Positions 1 to 11,842 of a DNA stretch of 64,000 nucleotides are shown piece by piece. The notes under the pieces were generated by a model. It was not told where the DNA came from, searched no databases, and saw only the letters and a list, made by a program, of their open reading frames with translations. The stretch spans positions 1 to 64,000 of the forward strand of contig BAAIJX010000075.1 of assembly GCA_054600435.1 (NCBI GenBank). Direction: 5' to 3'. Each line of letters opens with the position of its first letter. Position 1 is the stretch's first letter. The DNA is from Neophaeotheca triangularis (lineage: Eukaryota). A program made the translations under genes and the position numbers.

Positions 1-1028
1 TTTTAAATACTATTATAATGTAGTAGTAGTCTAATATAATAGCGCTAGTCTAGAGATAGTCCCTAAAGTACTTTACTAGTAAGAGAGACCTTATTCTAAT
101 TTAGTCTTACTAGTACTACTAGGGGCCTCTACTACTATAAAGAGACTATTAATATACTCTATTAATCGATAAAGATCTATATAAACCCTAAGAATACTAT
201 TACTTATATATACTAGAAATTAGTCCTAAAATGCTTTTATTATCCTTAAGATTCTTTACTTTAAACTAGATTTAATTCTTTAATAACCTTAGTATACCCT
301 TTAATACTTATATAGGCTTAGTATATGACTTCCTAAAGGGTTTAAAAGGCTAGGGTAAAGTTCCTATTAAGTATAAACCCCTCCTATATTTTATAAGGCC
401 TAAATTCCTTAATATCTCTAACTCTAATCTAAAAGCCCTATTATTTAATTACTATACTAGGTATTCCTATACTTTTAAGCTATAAAGTAGCTATATAGAC
501 CCTAAAGAAGAAGACTATAACTTTAGATTTTACAAGATAACCCTTTTTAGAAATTAGGGTTATACCCTAAGGTCTAAGGCCTTTACCTTACCCTATTAAG
601 AGACTTAAGTAAATCTAATGTTTTAATATGTTTTCTAGGGTATTTAAGCCCTTAGGAATCGATTCCTTACCTTAAAACATCGAAATTCCCGGTTCTACTA
701 CTAAAAAAACACAAATTTAAATTTGCCGGTAAAACGGATCGCTTTTTACCGGTATAAGTCAGTTATACCACCGAGCAGGGTAGTAGATCATTATCTAAGA
801 ACATCCTAGCCTCCGTTTCTATTACTACCTTTAGAAGCACTCTTAAGTCGAGTAAGAGGCGAGTAAGGGTTGAACAAGTATGATATATAATCTTGACAAG
901 TCTTAGGCTTGATGTGTTTGTAGAAAGTATCGGGATAATGCTTAAGTGTAGCATAAATTGCGCTACGATAACGCGCTACATCAATCTGCTACACTAACCC
1001 GCTACACCAATATGCTACTGTCGCTACA
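1..1028. mobile_element. AT-rich, RIP-degenerated repeat/transposon remnant, truncated by the window start; class not determinable
   Basis: Strong TpA excess (tag/cta/tta/taa) and CpA/TpG depletion over ~1-700, with no credible ORF. Composition switches abruptly to ordinary GC after ~1030. The right edge has a GCTAC(A) repeat array ending ...TCGCTACA at 1028. Confidence 0.75.
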
Positions 1029-1118
1029 ACGACCACCTCCACTCATCTCCAGGTTTCGCTCACTGTTGTCTATAGCATCATGGTAAAAGTCGATCCGTCA
1101 AGCCGTATTCGAGTAGAG

Positions 1119-1817
1119 CTACTGGTTCAGCTTGTAGGAAGCGTCGTCGATAATGAGCGCACTAAGAGAAGGTGGCGTAGTGGCCTGAACTATTGCGATA
1201 TCAACTCTTTCGAGGTTAGACCAAGTTTTAGGGAAGTTGGCCTTGGTCAATTCGCTTCGAACGGGGTTATCCGGGGTGAATTGCATGTTGATGGTTTCGA
1301 AGGCACCGTCTTGCCCACGCCTGTGGGCCGTGAAGGCAATGGTGCAGGATTGGGGTACCCCAATCAAGCTTGTGACAGAGTTGGCGGCGCAGCCAAAAAA
1401 GACGGACTGCAAATCGAAGGACTTGAAATTGTCGTCATCGACGATGAAAGCAGGCGAGCCAGTGAGAAGGGTCCCGGTGACTGAGTTGGCGGCGTAATTG
1501 CGCTGGGATCGGGGCTTCAAGCCAGGGAGTGCCCGGTCGAGTGGTATGCCCAGGATGCGAGGGGGTCCTGCGAGGAGGACGTTGAAGGAGTTAAAGTCAA
1601 TTCCCACTGTCAATGTGTTAGTGGAAGTCGTTCAAGGTCAAATTCATGAAGGGGGCGTACTGTAGGTTCCTACTGGGTTGACCTGAGAGACGCCGGGTAT
1701 GGCTGCCAAGTCGTCGAAGTTGGCGACTCTTTGGACGCTGGTGCGCTTCTCGACATCGACAGGAGAGGCGCATGCGAGGGCCGAAAAGGCGGCTCCGACA
1801 ATGGCTGAATATTTCAT
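1119..1817 (-). CDS. Small secreted hypothetical protein, ~214 aa; exons 1661-1817 and 1119-1606
   Basis: Signal peptide MKYSAIVGAAFSALACASP followed by a Kex2-like EKR. The 54-nt intron GTACGC..CACTAAC..CAG (1607-1660) joins the two ORFs in frame. Two Cys lie in FFGC..PQSC. Confidence 0.8.
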
Positions 1818-4405
1818 GATGATTGAAGGGGTTTGTTGAGGAAGAGTGCTGATAAGGATATTGCTGACGAAGTACAGTGCAGCGAAGTATGATGGATGTC
1901 TGGGAAGGTTGTTGTAACAGGAGGCAAACGACGCGATATATATAGCTGCGATGCTTACAGTCGAGCCAGTAGACCATGCGTTCGAGATGATTTCGCCAAG
2001 GCGTGCCGATGTAAATGACCACCTCGCGCTAATATTGATCGACACTGAGGCTCCACGCGTGGGTTATGCTCGGAGATGGTGCTCGGCGCCTAATTGGACT
2101 CCGGATCGTCAATCAAACCACCTCCTCGCCGGTTCTCAACACTATCGACGATCAGATCTTGATCGTCCAAGATGGCGCGCCACCGACTTGGGAGACACCG
2201 CAGCTAGAAGTGGACTTGTGTGGTATGACGATTTGAATTCTTTCCCTCTACATTCGATTCGGCGAGGAGCGATCATTGGTGTTGACGAATGCCTCAATGG
2301 CTGCGGTCAGTCGTCGCATCGTCCGTCCGCGGCGCTTTACGCGTCTCCACCACTTTACTACAGTGCCTCGATTCGTCTTTAGTTTGCGGTATATTTCTTG
2401 CTACCTGCATGTCTTGCATCCTCGCTGCAGTGAACGAAGCCCCTAGCACGCATCCATACTTCAGTACATCAGAAAGGGCCGCTCGTGGGTAGTCTTTGAA
2501 TATCATTGCAATCTCGAGCTCAATTCGACTCGCGAGAGACTCGGAGGGCTTTCTCATTTCTTCCCCCTAGATGGGGCGTACGGCCTTCAGCACGTGGTTC
2601 AGGTATATTGATCAAATGAGTCTTCGTCTCTACAGTAGGTGTACCGCGGGCTACTAGAAAGTAAACTCTAGAGCATGAGACTCTTACGGACGAGTCAGTG
2701 AACGCTTCGGACGATGTGCTGTCTATTCATTGTGGTCATGACGTGCGTTAGTAACAGACAAACAGCCCCGGACAAGACTAGAGGGACATGTCGTCCCCAC
2801 AGAAGCCTCACGAGTAAGAAAGATCGACGAACCCGTGCCGTCTCCATCACGACATGCTCGTGCATTAGCGGCGTTCGTGGATTGGGGTTCGAAGCAGCTC
2901 AATAGTCCATCGCCCAACACCATGCTACCGTGTCCATCAACAAACAGGAAAGATCGACGGCGCAACCCTCTCCACCACGGCACGTCGTGCGTGATTATAC
3001 TGTCGCCTGCAGGCTACAAGTGACTCGCAGCGACGATAGAATCGATCCTTAGAGGCTCACCTCAATATCTGAAGGGATGGGATGCAGTTCACCAAAGTTT
3101 TATTTCTTTAGACTTTTCTTAGCTCGTTTACTCCACGTCTCAGTCTGATTCCTCGATACTACATGTCGATCCCATCTTTCATGCCGCTAACGCAAATTTC
3201 CATCTTTGGTCTGCGTAGAAGACAGTCGATGGGCGCAAATATTGAATATCATTCGATTGGACTTCGTCTTATTACTGACTCTCCTGAAGCGGGTGGGTTG
3301 GCTTTCAAGTTTATACAATCACGACGGAGGGATAATTCAACGAACGCTGACCGGTGGAATCTCTCCCCAGCCCACGGGTCGATCATGGGTCGATCGCGAT
3401 TTCTAGGCCCGCGCCGTTAGTCTCCACCTTCAGTCAAAAGCGTGTGTAACAAAATAATGACCCGGTTGGTGGAACTTCTTTTTTATTTTTTATTTTTTAC
3501 CCTTTAAATTCTTTCGTCGATATCAGCTCAGTGATGAGAAAAAACGTGGGTCGGGGCCCACGCAGCATGGGGATCGGACTTGATGCTTCTCTATCAAGAG
3601 CGTACCTCACACGGCGAAAGAGCGCTGTCACGCCGCTTCGAGTAGGGGCAGATGGCTTCGGTCGCAGGCTCCCTAATTGCTCATCCTCTATCGACTGGCC
3701 AGGCTCGATAGGTTCTTTGCTTGCGAACTTTTACCAGGATCGGAAGTACTCTTGTTAGACTTAAGGTCCCCACGAAACAGACAGGGTCCGTATCAAGCAG
3801 TCACATTCCATTTATATGGACGGGAAACTACCCACACAACAGGCCCACTCACAGCTAAGATCCGCACAAATGCCTGGGGCCTTCAAAGTTCCACGCTCAG
3901 ATCCTACATGCGATTGCAAATCATCGCTGCCTCCCAGGTTGCCGGGTTTGAGAGAGCGAACCAGCCGGCGCGGAACTAATAAAACACTTTGGATCGGAGA
4001 TCTGCTCCACGCTGGTCGTAGCTGCTGAGTGGTGGTTTTGCGGAGGCCGTTACAGAGCGACAAGTAGGTATACAGGTACCTATTTACAGGATCTACATGC
4101 CTGACTAGGTATAGCAAGGTTTTGGCTTGTCCTTTCCTTCCTCTAGAAAGACAAGTGAGGTGGTGGCAGAGCTGGAGGATCGATCGGTCTTGCTAGCTCG
4201 TCGGCCGGGAGATAAAGGGAAGAGGGCGGGAGACGCAAAAGGATCCGCTCATGCCATCTACTCGCAAGCTTCGATCGATTCGGGGAAGTAAGGGTTTGGG
4301 GCTTTTTGTAGAGTAGTAGTAGCGACAACGTCGGAGAGAACTTCTGCTACCCTCTGACCCCGCCACCCCACCACTATATCTCGTAACTAGAACAATGCTA
4401 CTCGA

Positions 4406-5923
4406 CTAGAAAGCCGCGACAAGGACACCCGTCCCTAGCACCCCTACCCACTGCCTCAAAAATCCAGCCATTCCTAACCTCGCATCCGCGCCGCTCTCTC
4501 CTCCGTTCCCATTACCCTCATCAGACCCGCTGGCCCCTCCCCCTCCATTTACCCTCCATACAATCCGCACTTCTACCTCTCGCTGCTGCTCACTAGCAAA
4601 AAGATCTCCCTGTTGCGTACCATGTGGTACGGCATCGGCGCCAAAACTGTCACTGCCTTGCCAGACCAACTCGGCCTCGTCGTTTTGAGAGAAGACCGCG
4701 GGATCGGTGACACTATTGCCGCACGTTAGGGCGCCGGAGTCGGAGGCGAAGTTGCAAGCTCCTTTAGAGGTGCGGAGGGTGAAACAGTCGGACGAGTTTG
4801 AGTCTGAGTTGGTGGTGTTGTCGCCACAAGATGCGGACGAGGCGGTGTAAGTCGCGCAAGTTCCCGAGACGTACCACTTCCCGCCCGAGATGAGGCAGCC
4901 ATCAGGGACACCGTTACTGTCGGCGGGGATAACATCTAGATTGCCACGACCGGTGAAGGGGGGTCCGGTGGAAGTTGGGGCAGCGGAGGTGTGAGTTGTT
5001 GTTGTGGCTGTTGGATTAGGAGAAGTGTTGCCGTTTTTAGGCAGGTATTTGATGCCTCGCGATGGACAGCTGTGACTGGGTTTGTCCGGGTCGGCGGGGA
5101 TGAAGTCGCCGGTTTGCACGGAGCCGCGGACGTTGAAGAAGTACCAGATCTCATTCAATTCGCCGGAGCGACAGCCGAGGTGGACGTCGTGGTCTTCGTG
5201 CTTGGATGATAGTGCGGACTGGATTTCGCTAGAGGTGTAGGTTTTGGAGGTTGAGGGGGTGATGCCGGCGTCGCTGAGCCATTCGTAGGTTGGGAGAGAG
5301 TTGAAAAGGCGGACTGTGCGGTTGAAGAAATCGGGGACCTCTTCGGTGGGGTTGTAGGAAGTGTAGCACGAGGGCTCGAGCGTGCTGATGCAGGTGCCGT
5401 GTTTGGACCATTCGTGCTCCCAGAAGGTTTCGTCACGGCCGTTGTAGTCTTTCCAGTAGGTTTGCATGGCCTCGAGGGTTTCGCTGTCGCCGGATTCCTT
5501 CATGATGGAGGTGATGTTCTTGTAAGCGCGGCGGTCGTCGCAGTTGGCGTCGTAGCTGCCGTCGCAATTGTCCGGCCACAGTCCATGGATTGTCCAGCTG
5601 TCGTCAGGGCCAGTGGCGGGGTGGGTATCCCAGAATTGCGTCAGCAAGAGTAGACCTCCCGGTGCGTTGAAGCAGCAGAGATTATCAACGTTGGTAGAAT
5701 TGTGACACGATAGAGGAGTGTTTCCGCAGGTGGCGCTGGCTCTGGTATCGAGGACTCTGGCGTTGTGAGGCGATGTGAGGCCAAGAACGGTTTGTGTGGA
5801 CCCAAGGCCGGTCATGAGCATGGACTTGAGAGATAGCGCGTTGTCTGTAGGGTCGAAAATGTCCTTGACCGATGACCAGGCATCTGCGACATGGGCATTG
5901 AAGCCGTTGTGTAGGCCGGCCAT
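4406..5923 (-). CDS. Ribonuclease T2 family protein (Rny1-like) with S/T linker, C-terminal domain and hydrophobic tail
   Basis: CAS I WTIHGLWPD and CAS II FWEHEWSKHGTC motifs with conserved Cys; single 505-aa ORF. Confidence 0.95.
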   Translation of the reverse strand: MAGLHNGFNAHVADAWSSVKDIFDPTDNALSLKSMLMTGLGSTQTVLGLTSPHNARVLDTRASATCGNTPLSCHNSTNVDNLCCFNAPGGLLLLTQFWDTHPATGPDDSWTIHGLWPDNCDGSYDANCDDRRAYKNITSIMKESGDSETLEAMQTYWKDYNGRDETFWEHEWSKHGTCISTLEPSCYTSYNPTEEVPDFFNRTVRLFNSLPTYEWLSDAGITPSTSKTYTSSEIQSALSSKHEDHDVHLGCRSGELNEIWYFFNVRGSVQTGDFIPADPDKPSHSCPSRGIKYLPKNGNTSPNPTATTTTHTSAAPTSTGPPFTGRGNLDVIPADSNGVPDGCLISGGKWYVSGTCATYTASSASCGDNTTNSDSNSSDCFTLRTSKGACNFASDSGALTCGNSVTDPAVFSQNDEAELVWQGSDSFGADAVPHGTQQGDLFASEQQREVEVRIVWRVNGGGGASGSDEGNGNGGESGADARLGMAGFLRQWVGVLGTGVLVAAF

Positions 5924-6473
5924 CCCTTTCTTCTAAAGGGGTTTCTTCCGTTTAGGGTCGGGCAGAAGATCTATCGACAACCAATGCTAGGGCCAAAGAA
6001 GCGTTCGTAGCTAGCAGAAGCGTGATTTCCAGAACGAAACCGATACTTTGATCTCAGGGATGGTCGATTCAAGTAGGAGGTAGCTGGGTAAGTTATGCCG
6101 CGATCTGAGACACATCATCAGCCAGTCAACCCATTGCTTTGCGAGCGGTCTCGGATTACCTTTCAGCGGACATACGTGACGCTGGTCTCCTGACAGAAAG
6201 ATGCTGGCGATACTCCCGATAAGGTAAGCAGGTAACTCGTAAGGAGCAAGGTAATGTTGTATGTGTCGCTACTAGGGAGGGAGGCTCATTGGATGCCTTC
6301 TGTGCCTTTCGTGGGTAGTATCGATGTGTAACGGCTCGAACGGGTAAGCCGTCTTATCGCATCGCTTATCGCCTACCTCGGCACCAAGTTAGCTCTAGCT
6401 CCAGCTGCTCTTTACTGTCGTCTCATCTTGGAAGAGCTCCAAGTCCAAGTCCAATGCGTCGACCACACCCAAA

Positions 6474-7454
6474 ATGTCCCTCCTAACCCGCCCAACCGCC
6501 CTCCCCCGCCAACTTTTCTCCCGCCGCGCCCCATCGCTCCTACGAACCTACGGCACCGCTCTCCAATCGACTCTCAAACTCAGCTCCATCCCCGCCCCCC
6601 ACGCCGGCAGCATAACCGTCGTCTCCCTCAACCGCCCCCGTGCCCGCAATGCCCTCTCCCGAACCCTGATCTCTGAACTCAGCCAAGTGGTCGAGAGCAT
6701 TCACGCCGAAAATGGCAAAGGCAGCACGCGAGCGCTCGTTATTGCGAGTGAAAGCGATCAGGCCTTTTGCGCCGGTGCCGACTTGAAAGAGCGGCTGGGC
6801 ATGAGTCCGGAAGAGTGCGTCCCCCAGCCCGCCGGATAACCACACAGAATCCCACTCTTCCTAACTAACCACCTTCAAAACAGAACCGCCGACTTCCTCT
6901 CCCGCCTCCGCTCAACCTTCTCCCGCCTCTCCACCCTCCCCGTCCCCACCTTCAGCGCTCTAAGCAGCGTAGCTTTCGGCGGCGGTCTCGAGCTAGCCCT
7001 CTGCACGCACTTCCGCATCTTCGCATCGACCGCGACCGTCGGACTGCCGGAAACGCGCCTCGCCATCATCCCCGGCGCGGGGGGAACATACCGACTACCT
7101 GCGCTGATCGGGCAGAACCGCGCGCGCGACCTCATCCTAACCGGGCGCGCCGTTGCAGGGCCGGAAGCGTATTTCATCGGGTTGTGTGATCGTATTGTTG
7201 AGATTGGGGAGGAGGAGGCTAAGGCTGAGGGGGCCGCGAGAGGGAGGGTTTTGGAGACGGCGGTGGGCGTTGCGAGGGATGTGCTTGAGGGTGGGCCCGT
7301 GGCTACGAGGGCCGCGATGCAGGCGGTTGAGGGGTGGGAGAGGGGGGAACAGGCGGAGAATGAGGCGTACGGACTTGTTTTGGGGACGGAGGATCGGGTT
7401 GAGGCTCTTAGAGCTTTTGGCGAAAAGAGGAAGCCGAGTTTCAAGGGGAGGTGA
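6474..7454 (+). CDS. Mitochondrial enoyl-CoA hydratase/isomerase, probably methylglutaconyl-CoA hydratase; intron 6815-6883
   Basis: Crotonase motifs LNRPRARNALS, AFCAGADLKER, AFGGGLELAL and GLPETRLAIIPGAGGT, with C-terminal FGEKRKPSFKGR. Arg/Ser/Leu-rich presequence. Confidence 0.92.
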
Positions 7455-7913
7455 TGAGAGAATTTGGATGGTGGGGATAATGTTGTGAGACGGATTTTTG
7501 TTGATAGATCAGTATTTTCTGATGAGTGATAATAGTTGAAATTTGCTTCTAGAACGCTCATTAGCCTTCGCCTGTCGCACCTTGTTCCAGGGCACCTCGT
7601 ATCCTCTGACGGGTAAGTTGAGTTGAGTAGCTTCCACACAGCCTTACGTCAGAGCCTGAACAACCTTCAGCCTCTCACTTGCACATCACCACGTTGAGTG
7701 GTACAATCGCCAAGCTCGAAACATTCCCTTCCTTCCCTTGCTTTCCTCGTGACTCCGTACAACTTTCGTCTCAACAACCACGTCGCGCTCTTCGACCATG
7801 CTGGCCGGCAAACCGAAACATCTACACATCATCTCCTTTCCATCCCTCACCTCTATTCACTAGTTCAATGCTCACTCCTCCGGCCCCCTAGACCCAGCTC
7901 TAGCGGGCCCAGC

Positions 7914-9061
7914 TCAGGCACCAGCTCCATCCCCCACGCCGGCCCCGGCTCCGCCGCCTGGTTTCATGTACTCCACATCATTCTCGCGCATATCCGCACG
8001 GGCCTCGCCGATCATTTTGTCGATGCCGCGGTCTTTGAGGGCTTTCTGTATCGTAAAGACGGGTTAGAGGTCAGTCAATGAGTCCTTGAAGGTTTTTGTG
8101 GAGAGCAGAAAGGGCAAGGGGATGGAGAGTGTGTGGAGGGGGAAGTGGAAGGAGGCTTCTGTGGAAGGGCAAGGCAGGGTAGAGGTGGGTGAATTAACGG
8201 AGGAGAGGAAATGAGAGCGAGAAGGCGGTCCGTGCTATCAGAGTCGTGGGAGATTGCCGATGGAATGAAGCTCAAGAAAAAAGGAAGCGGGCATTGATAT
8301 CGGTGATCGATTGAACACGGCCAAACAAGGGCCTGGATTTGGAAGGCTCCGCCGGTGCTTTGGTGGTTCAAACTCACCCCAAGGCATTCTTTATACTGCT
8401 TGAACAGCCCATCGCACTCGTCGGTTTTGGCGGCGTTGCGGAGGAATTCTGTACGGATAGAAGGATTAGCCCCCGTTGAAGTCACGCCTACTTCAGTGCA
8501 CTTTGCAAGCATATCGAACTGCTCTGGAGCCAAGAGATATTTGTCGGAGACGAAAGAAATGCTCGCCTGCGCGGTTAAAGGTTGAAGTTTGGAGGGGCAA
8601 GCCGGCTTGAGCGGTGGCAAGGGGGCGTGGCAGAAGACTCACTCTCGCTATACCACTTCAGAAAGCAGGAATCGTAGCGTCTGTCGTAGTCGAGAGAGGT
8701 TAGTCAGGATTGTTCTTAGATCTCTTTCCCCTCTGTTCTCAGCGAGGGGGTCTTTTGATGCGGTCTTGACTCCGAAGATTTAGCCAGCTCAAGTCTCTCG
8801 ATTGCGGTGCAGTCTAGTCCAGTCCAGTTCAATGGTATCGAAGCCAATTCCAAACCATCACTCAACCAAGCATCTCCACTGGTAACAGGACTCATATGAC
8901 AGAGGGCTGATCTCCAGATAACCGTGAAAGCAGCAAGCAAACACGCGGAATTGCCCAACGAGCCCCATACTCCCATGGCCGGGTCAAGAAAAATGAGAAA
9001 GCGAAGAGGTGAAAACATACTCCTTGAACTCATTGCACTCTGGCGCAATCGAAGCAGACAT
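7914..9061 (-). CDS. MDM35: Mdm35/TRIAP1 twin CX9C-type mitochondrial IMS protein, ~93 aa; exons 9021-9061, 8643-8680, 8378-8448, 7914-8045
   Basis: The spliced translation is MSASIAPECNEFKERYDSCFLKWYSEKFLRNAAKTDECDGLFKQYKECLGKALKDRGIDKMIGEAR... All three introns have canonical GT..AG ends and preserve frame. Confidence 0.92.
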
Positions 9062-10110
9062 TTCGGGTCACAACTCTTCGCTCCCTTTTCTCTAACGCCC
9101 TATAAATCGCAGCGGAATTGAAAAGCTCCTGTCGCCCCTTCAAAGCAAGCAAAGACGACCACACGTCTAACGCCTGAAGAACGGCCGTATAGGAGGAGCT
9201 GCTTGAACGCGAGGCGATGGCTCCGGGGTTTCAAGGATGGTGGGATCAGAACTGCAAAAGGTGTAGGTATTCATCCTACCTAGTCCCACCTCCTAGATAT
9301 GGTGAAGTCGAGTCTAAAGGCTCACCGCCACAACAAACGCCACACAACTTTACGAGCCACGTACCAGCCAGCCACGAGCCCGCGCCACGCCATTACACAT
9401 CCTTTGAAGCCCCCTCCTTCTAGTGGCGTCGAGTCTTCAGAATGACAGACAGTAAGGTTTCAGACATGGCGGGAGTGCCTGAACCCGTGTCAAAATTCCA
9501 TATGCCCTTTTTCCCGATCCCGGAAGACAGAAAATGTGGAAAGTTTGTGTTGACTACATTCACAATTTCTTTCAGACAGCTGGATTGTACGAGAGAGAGG
9601 GGTTGATAAGTTTGTTCGTGTACCGTATCGTAACCCTCTGGAAATTCGTAAGGAATGGCATGTACCTAGGTAAGTGGAACGCTAGGTAGACGTTGTTGTG
9701 ATGGTCATGGAGCTTGCTAGTTGCGGGCGTAGAGGTTGTCGCTACCTACTAGGTACACCTGGCAAACAGCTGATGGAGACGACAAGGAGAGGCTACAGGC
9801 ACCGACAGAGCGACGCGATCACAAGCGACAGTGGGTCTTACAGAGTCGCAGCATTCAATTCAGAACAACAGTGTCATTCAAAGTGGTATCATAGGTTAAG
9901 CTCTCAATCCGTCCCAAATAATCATCAACCGGCCGGGTACCGTTGAGCATGCCATCGTAAAGAAACCGCCGTCATCCATCAACTACCCTCCACCATCCTG
10001 CATTCATCAATCTCCACGCCGATAGGTGGGAGTTGCAAGTCGTGCAATCGGGTCATAGGGTGTGAAGATGGAGAGACGGAGGAGGCAGTAGAGCTCGCTC
10101 GAGGGCGGGT

Positions 10111-10438
10111 CTACTTGTTCTGGCCCATGCCGAGGGTGTCCTTGGCCTAGAAGCACGAGTCAGTACTATCCTGTCTAGAGGTAGTGATGGGTGGTGGTGT
10201 CTAGACATACCTTGTCAACGATGCTCTCGCCGCCCTTGTTGGAGTCCTTCTCGCGGCCGGCCTTGTCGGCCATGGACTGACCAGCCGACTTGTTGTCGTC
10301 GCTGCTCAGGTCGCGTTGAGCCTTGTCGGTGGTGTCGGTGACGCCCTCCTTGAGCTTGTCGGTGGTGGACTTGGAGGACTCGGGAGTCGCCTTCTCCTGC
10401 ACCTTGTCGGAGAGATCCTTGCGGCCGGCTTCAGTCAT
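10111..10438 (-). CDS. HSP12: Hsp9/Hsp12 family stress protein, 87 aa; intron 10147-10210
   Basis: MTEAGRKDLSDKVQEKATPESSKSTTDKLKEGVTD...SIVDK|AKDTLGMGQNK matches the Hsp12 pattern; canonical intron. Confidence 0.9.
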
Positions 10439-10580
10439 GATGGCGGGTGGTGTGGAGTTGTTGTTTGGTTTGAGTGAAGTGGGATTGGATTGGTTTGGGT
10501 TGGGTGGATAAAGTTTGTTGTGTGAGAGGAAAGGGAGAGAGGGAGGAAAGACAAGGCAAGGTGTAGAGTAGGAGGGGCAG

Positions 10581-10746
10581 CTTTATGTAGTGACTGCCCG
10601 CTTCAGCCCTTGCCGGCGTCACAACGGTAGTAGGTGGCAGGTGGCAGGTGGACTCGTGACAACAATGGGCAGTGACGTATGTAAGACCTCACCTTAACAC
10701 GCAACTGCCCGTGACCGTGAGTCGTCACCTCTAGCCCGAGACGTCA
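10581..10746 (-). promoter_or_regulatory. HSP12 promoter: TATA-like TACATAAAG and four CRE/ATF half-sites (TGACG)
   Basis: CGTCA/TGACG occurs at 10617, 10673, 10723 and 10742, upstream of a TATA-like element at 10581-10589. ATF/CREB control of stress genes is established in fungi; function of these sites is inferred. Confidence 0.45.
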
Positions 10747-10897
10747 AGCTGATGAAAGAGAGACGCGGACTAGCTAGAAGGCAGTAGAAGCACGTAGCAA
10801 CGCAAACAAGCAAGCAAGCAAACACCGAACCACTGCACGACTCGACGAAGTGCGTAATGGCATTCCTTGATTTACTGGCTGCTTTCAGTTGTCTAGA

Positions 10898-10925
10898 CTT
10901 GCCTTGCCTTGCCTTGCCTTGCCTT
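10898..10925. repeat. (CTTGC)n pentanucleotide microsatellite, ~5.5 copies
   Basis: cttgccttgccttgccttgccttgcctt read directly. Confidence 0.9.
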
Positions 10926-11842
10926 GTACAGCGGTGGTGAAACGTGGCGATCCCAATCAAAGATGGAAGGTTCTGTCATCACCGCGCTATTTGTTGTTGT
11001 CTTCTTTGTCCCGCCTACCTAGCTGACCACTTCACCCTACCAAGGTACCGTAGTACCTGTACGTCCGGAGGTAGAAGGCTTCGTATCCGGCTATAATGTA
11101 GTTTTGATTAACGAACGCACCTGGGCACTACTGCGTGAATTACCTGCAGAGACCCACGCAGCTTATCATCGGACAGTTCAATTCAATCAACCATCATGGC
11201 ATTCTTGCATCACCCCTTCCAATATTAATCCGTCAAGCAAACACATTCCATCTCAACCGAAGCCCACCTGACAGTCGGCCGGGGGGTGTGCGATAACCTC
11301 GGGAACGTCGATTGGAAGTGCACCTGCAGATGGGCTGGAACTGTTCCACACCTCATGCAAAGGTGGGGGAATGTGACGTCACCTGTTTGCACCGTGCATG
11401 GACTTGCAGCTTCCCGTCCAGTTTGGAAGGTGGGGCAATACTTGTGATTAATGGAGGAGTGTTCGTTGTCATGGAACTCATGCAAGAGAAGGGCACGCGT
11501 ATCAACAACAAAGGAAGATGACACCGTCCACGGGTGTCTGTCCCGAGATCAATTATGTACAGTAGGCAATAACTGTCCACCTTTCTCGACCACCCAAAGA
11601 CCACAATCCAATCCAGGTAGGTACCAAGTGTCAGAGAAAAGCAAAGCAGCCATCACCGCATAGCAAAGCTCACCAACCGTTCCAATAACCACACACACTC
11701 AGAGCTCGGCCAAGTACTCTTCCGTCTCCTCCTTCCCAATCACCACCATCATTCCCATCACCCGTCATCACTCCCATTCCACCCATCTCATCCTCAACGC
11801 CTTCCAACCACACCTCAAGACCCCAACCCCAAGACCACCACA

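Noticed and set aside
10573..10577. STRE (AGGGG) near HSP12
   Set aside because: It is a single 5-mer located downstream of the TATA-like box, so chance occurrence is likely.
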